This document shows positions 6,714-7,122 of a DNA stretch of 7,122 bases, piece after piece. The DNA lies in NCBI RefSeq assembly GCF_006345805.1, contig NW_021829745.1:1-7122 (forward strand). Reading direction: 5' to 3'. The first letter of the stretch is position 1. Every line of letters starts with the position of its first letter. Made by a program: the position numbers and the translations under genes. The stretch is from Octopus sinensis. Taxonomy: Eukaryota. The notes below the pieces were generated by a model. It had not been told where the DNA came from and did not search any database. It saw only the letters and a program-made list of their open reading frames with translations.

Positions 6714-6930
6714 ATGAGCAATTAAATTACACCATCTAGAAAATTACATATAATCGAAATATTAAAATTAAAATAACAATAATATATACCGATGATTAAG
6801 TAAATTGCAAAAAAATAATAAAAACGTATATTTTTTTGCAATTTACTTAATCATCGGTATATTATTGTTATTTTAATTTTAATATTTCGATTATATGTAA
6901 TTTTCTAGATGGTGTAATTTAATTGTTCAT
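6714..6930. repeat. Near-perfect AT-rich inverted repeat (arms 6714-6817 and 6829-6930, 11-nt spacer)
   Basis: The arms differ by one substitution (G/A at 6718) and one TA indel. Confidence 0.96.
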
Positions 6931-7122
6931 CTTATATATATAATGGCGGGTTCTGCAAGCAGAAAATTGCTGAAGTAATACAAGATATTCTCTTAAAATT
7001 CCTATCCGATATGTGCATAGTTATCTCAAGACATAGCATCAAGTTGTATCCTTTTGGTTCAATTGCATTCTCAGTTCATCCAGGATATACGTATCCATGC
7101 AACTTATTCAAAGGGTGACCTC

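Noticed and set aside
6940-7122. Possible degenerate LINE coding remnant on the minus strand
   Set aside because: Multiple stops in all minus frames and no convincing motif.
1-7122. CRISPR array or prokaryotic defence system
   Set aside because: No regularly spaced repeats with unique spacers and no long ORFs; the composition is animal non-coding DNA.

Overview
A 7.1 kb non-genic, AT-rich, microsatellite-dense animal window. It is most likely coleoid cephalopod (Octopus); this is inferred from recognising the SINE sequences and was not checked by a search. I find no intact host gene. The ORF track is almost entirely microsatellite or chance ORFs; the exception is a frameshifted C-terminal fragment of a restriction-like-endonuclease (RLE; R4/Dong/NeSL type) non-LTR retrotransposon. 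The window holds tRNA-derived SINE pieces, a TTAA-flanked foldback MITE, a ~1127-bp tandem duplication whose copies differ only by indels, and several long inverted repeats. The most notable element is at 5867-6655: a non-coding ~360-nt unit present as 1.3 tandem sense copies preceded by an inverted copy, embedded in (TA)n. Each full copy carries a minimal type I hammerhead ribozyme motif with an atypical compensatory U3-A8 core and a palindromic stem III. This is the architecture of a Penelope-like pLTR or retrozyme, a candidate source of small circular RNA. A second TA-flanked ~400-nt element at 940-1345 may carry a decayed hammerhead.
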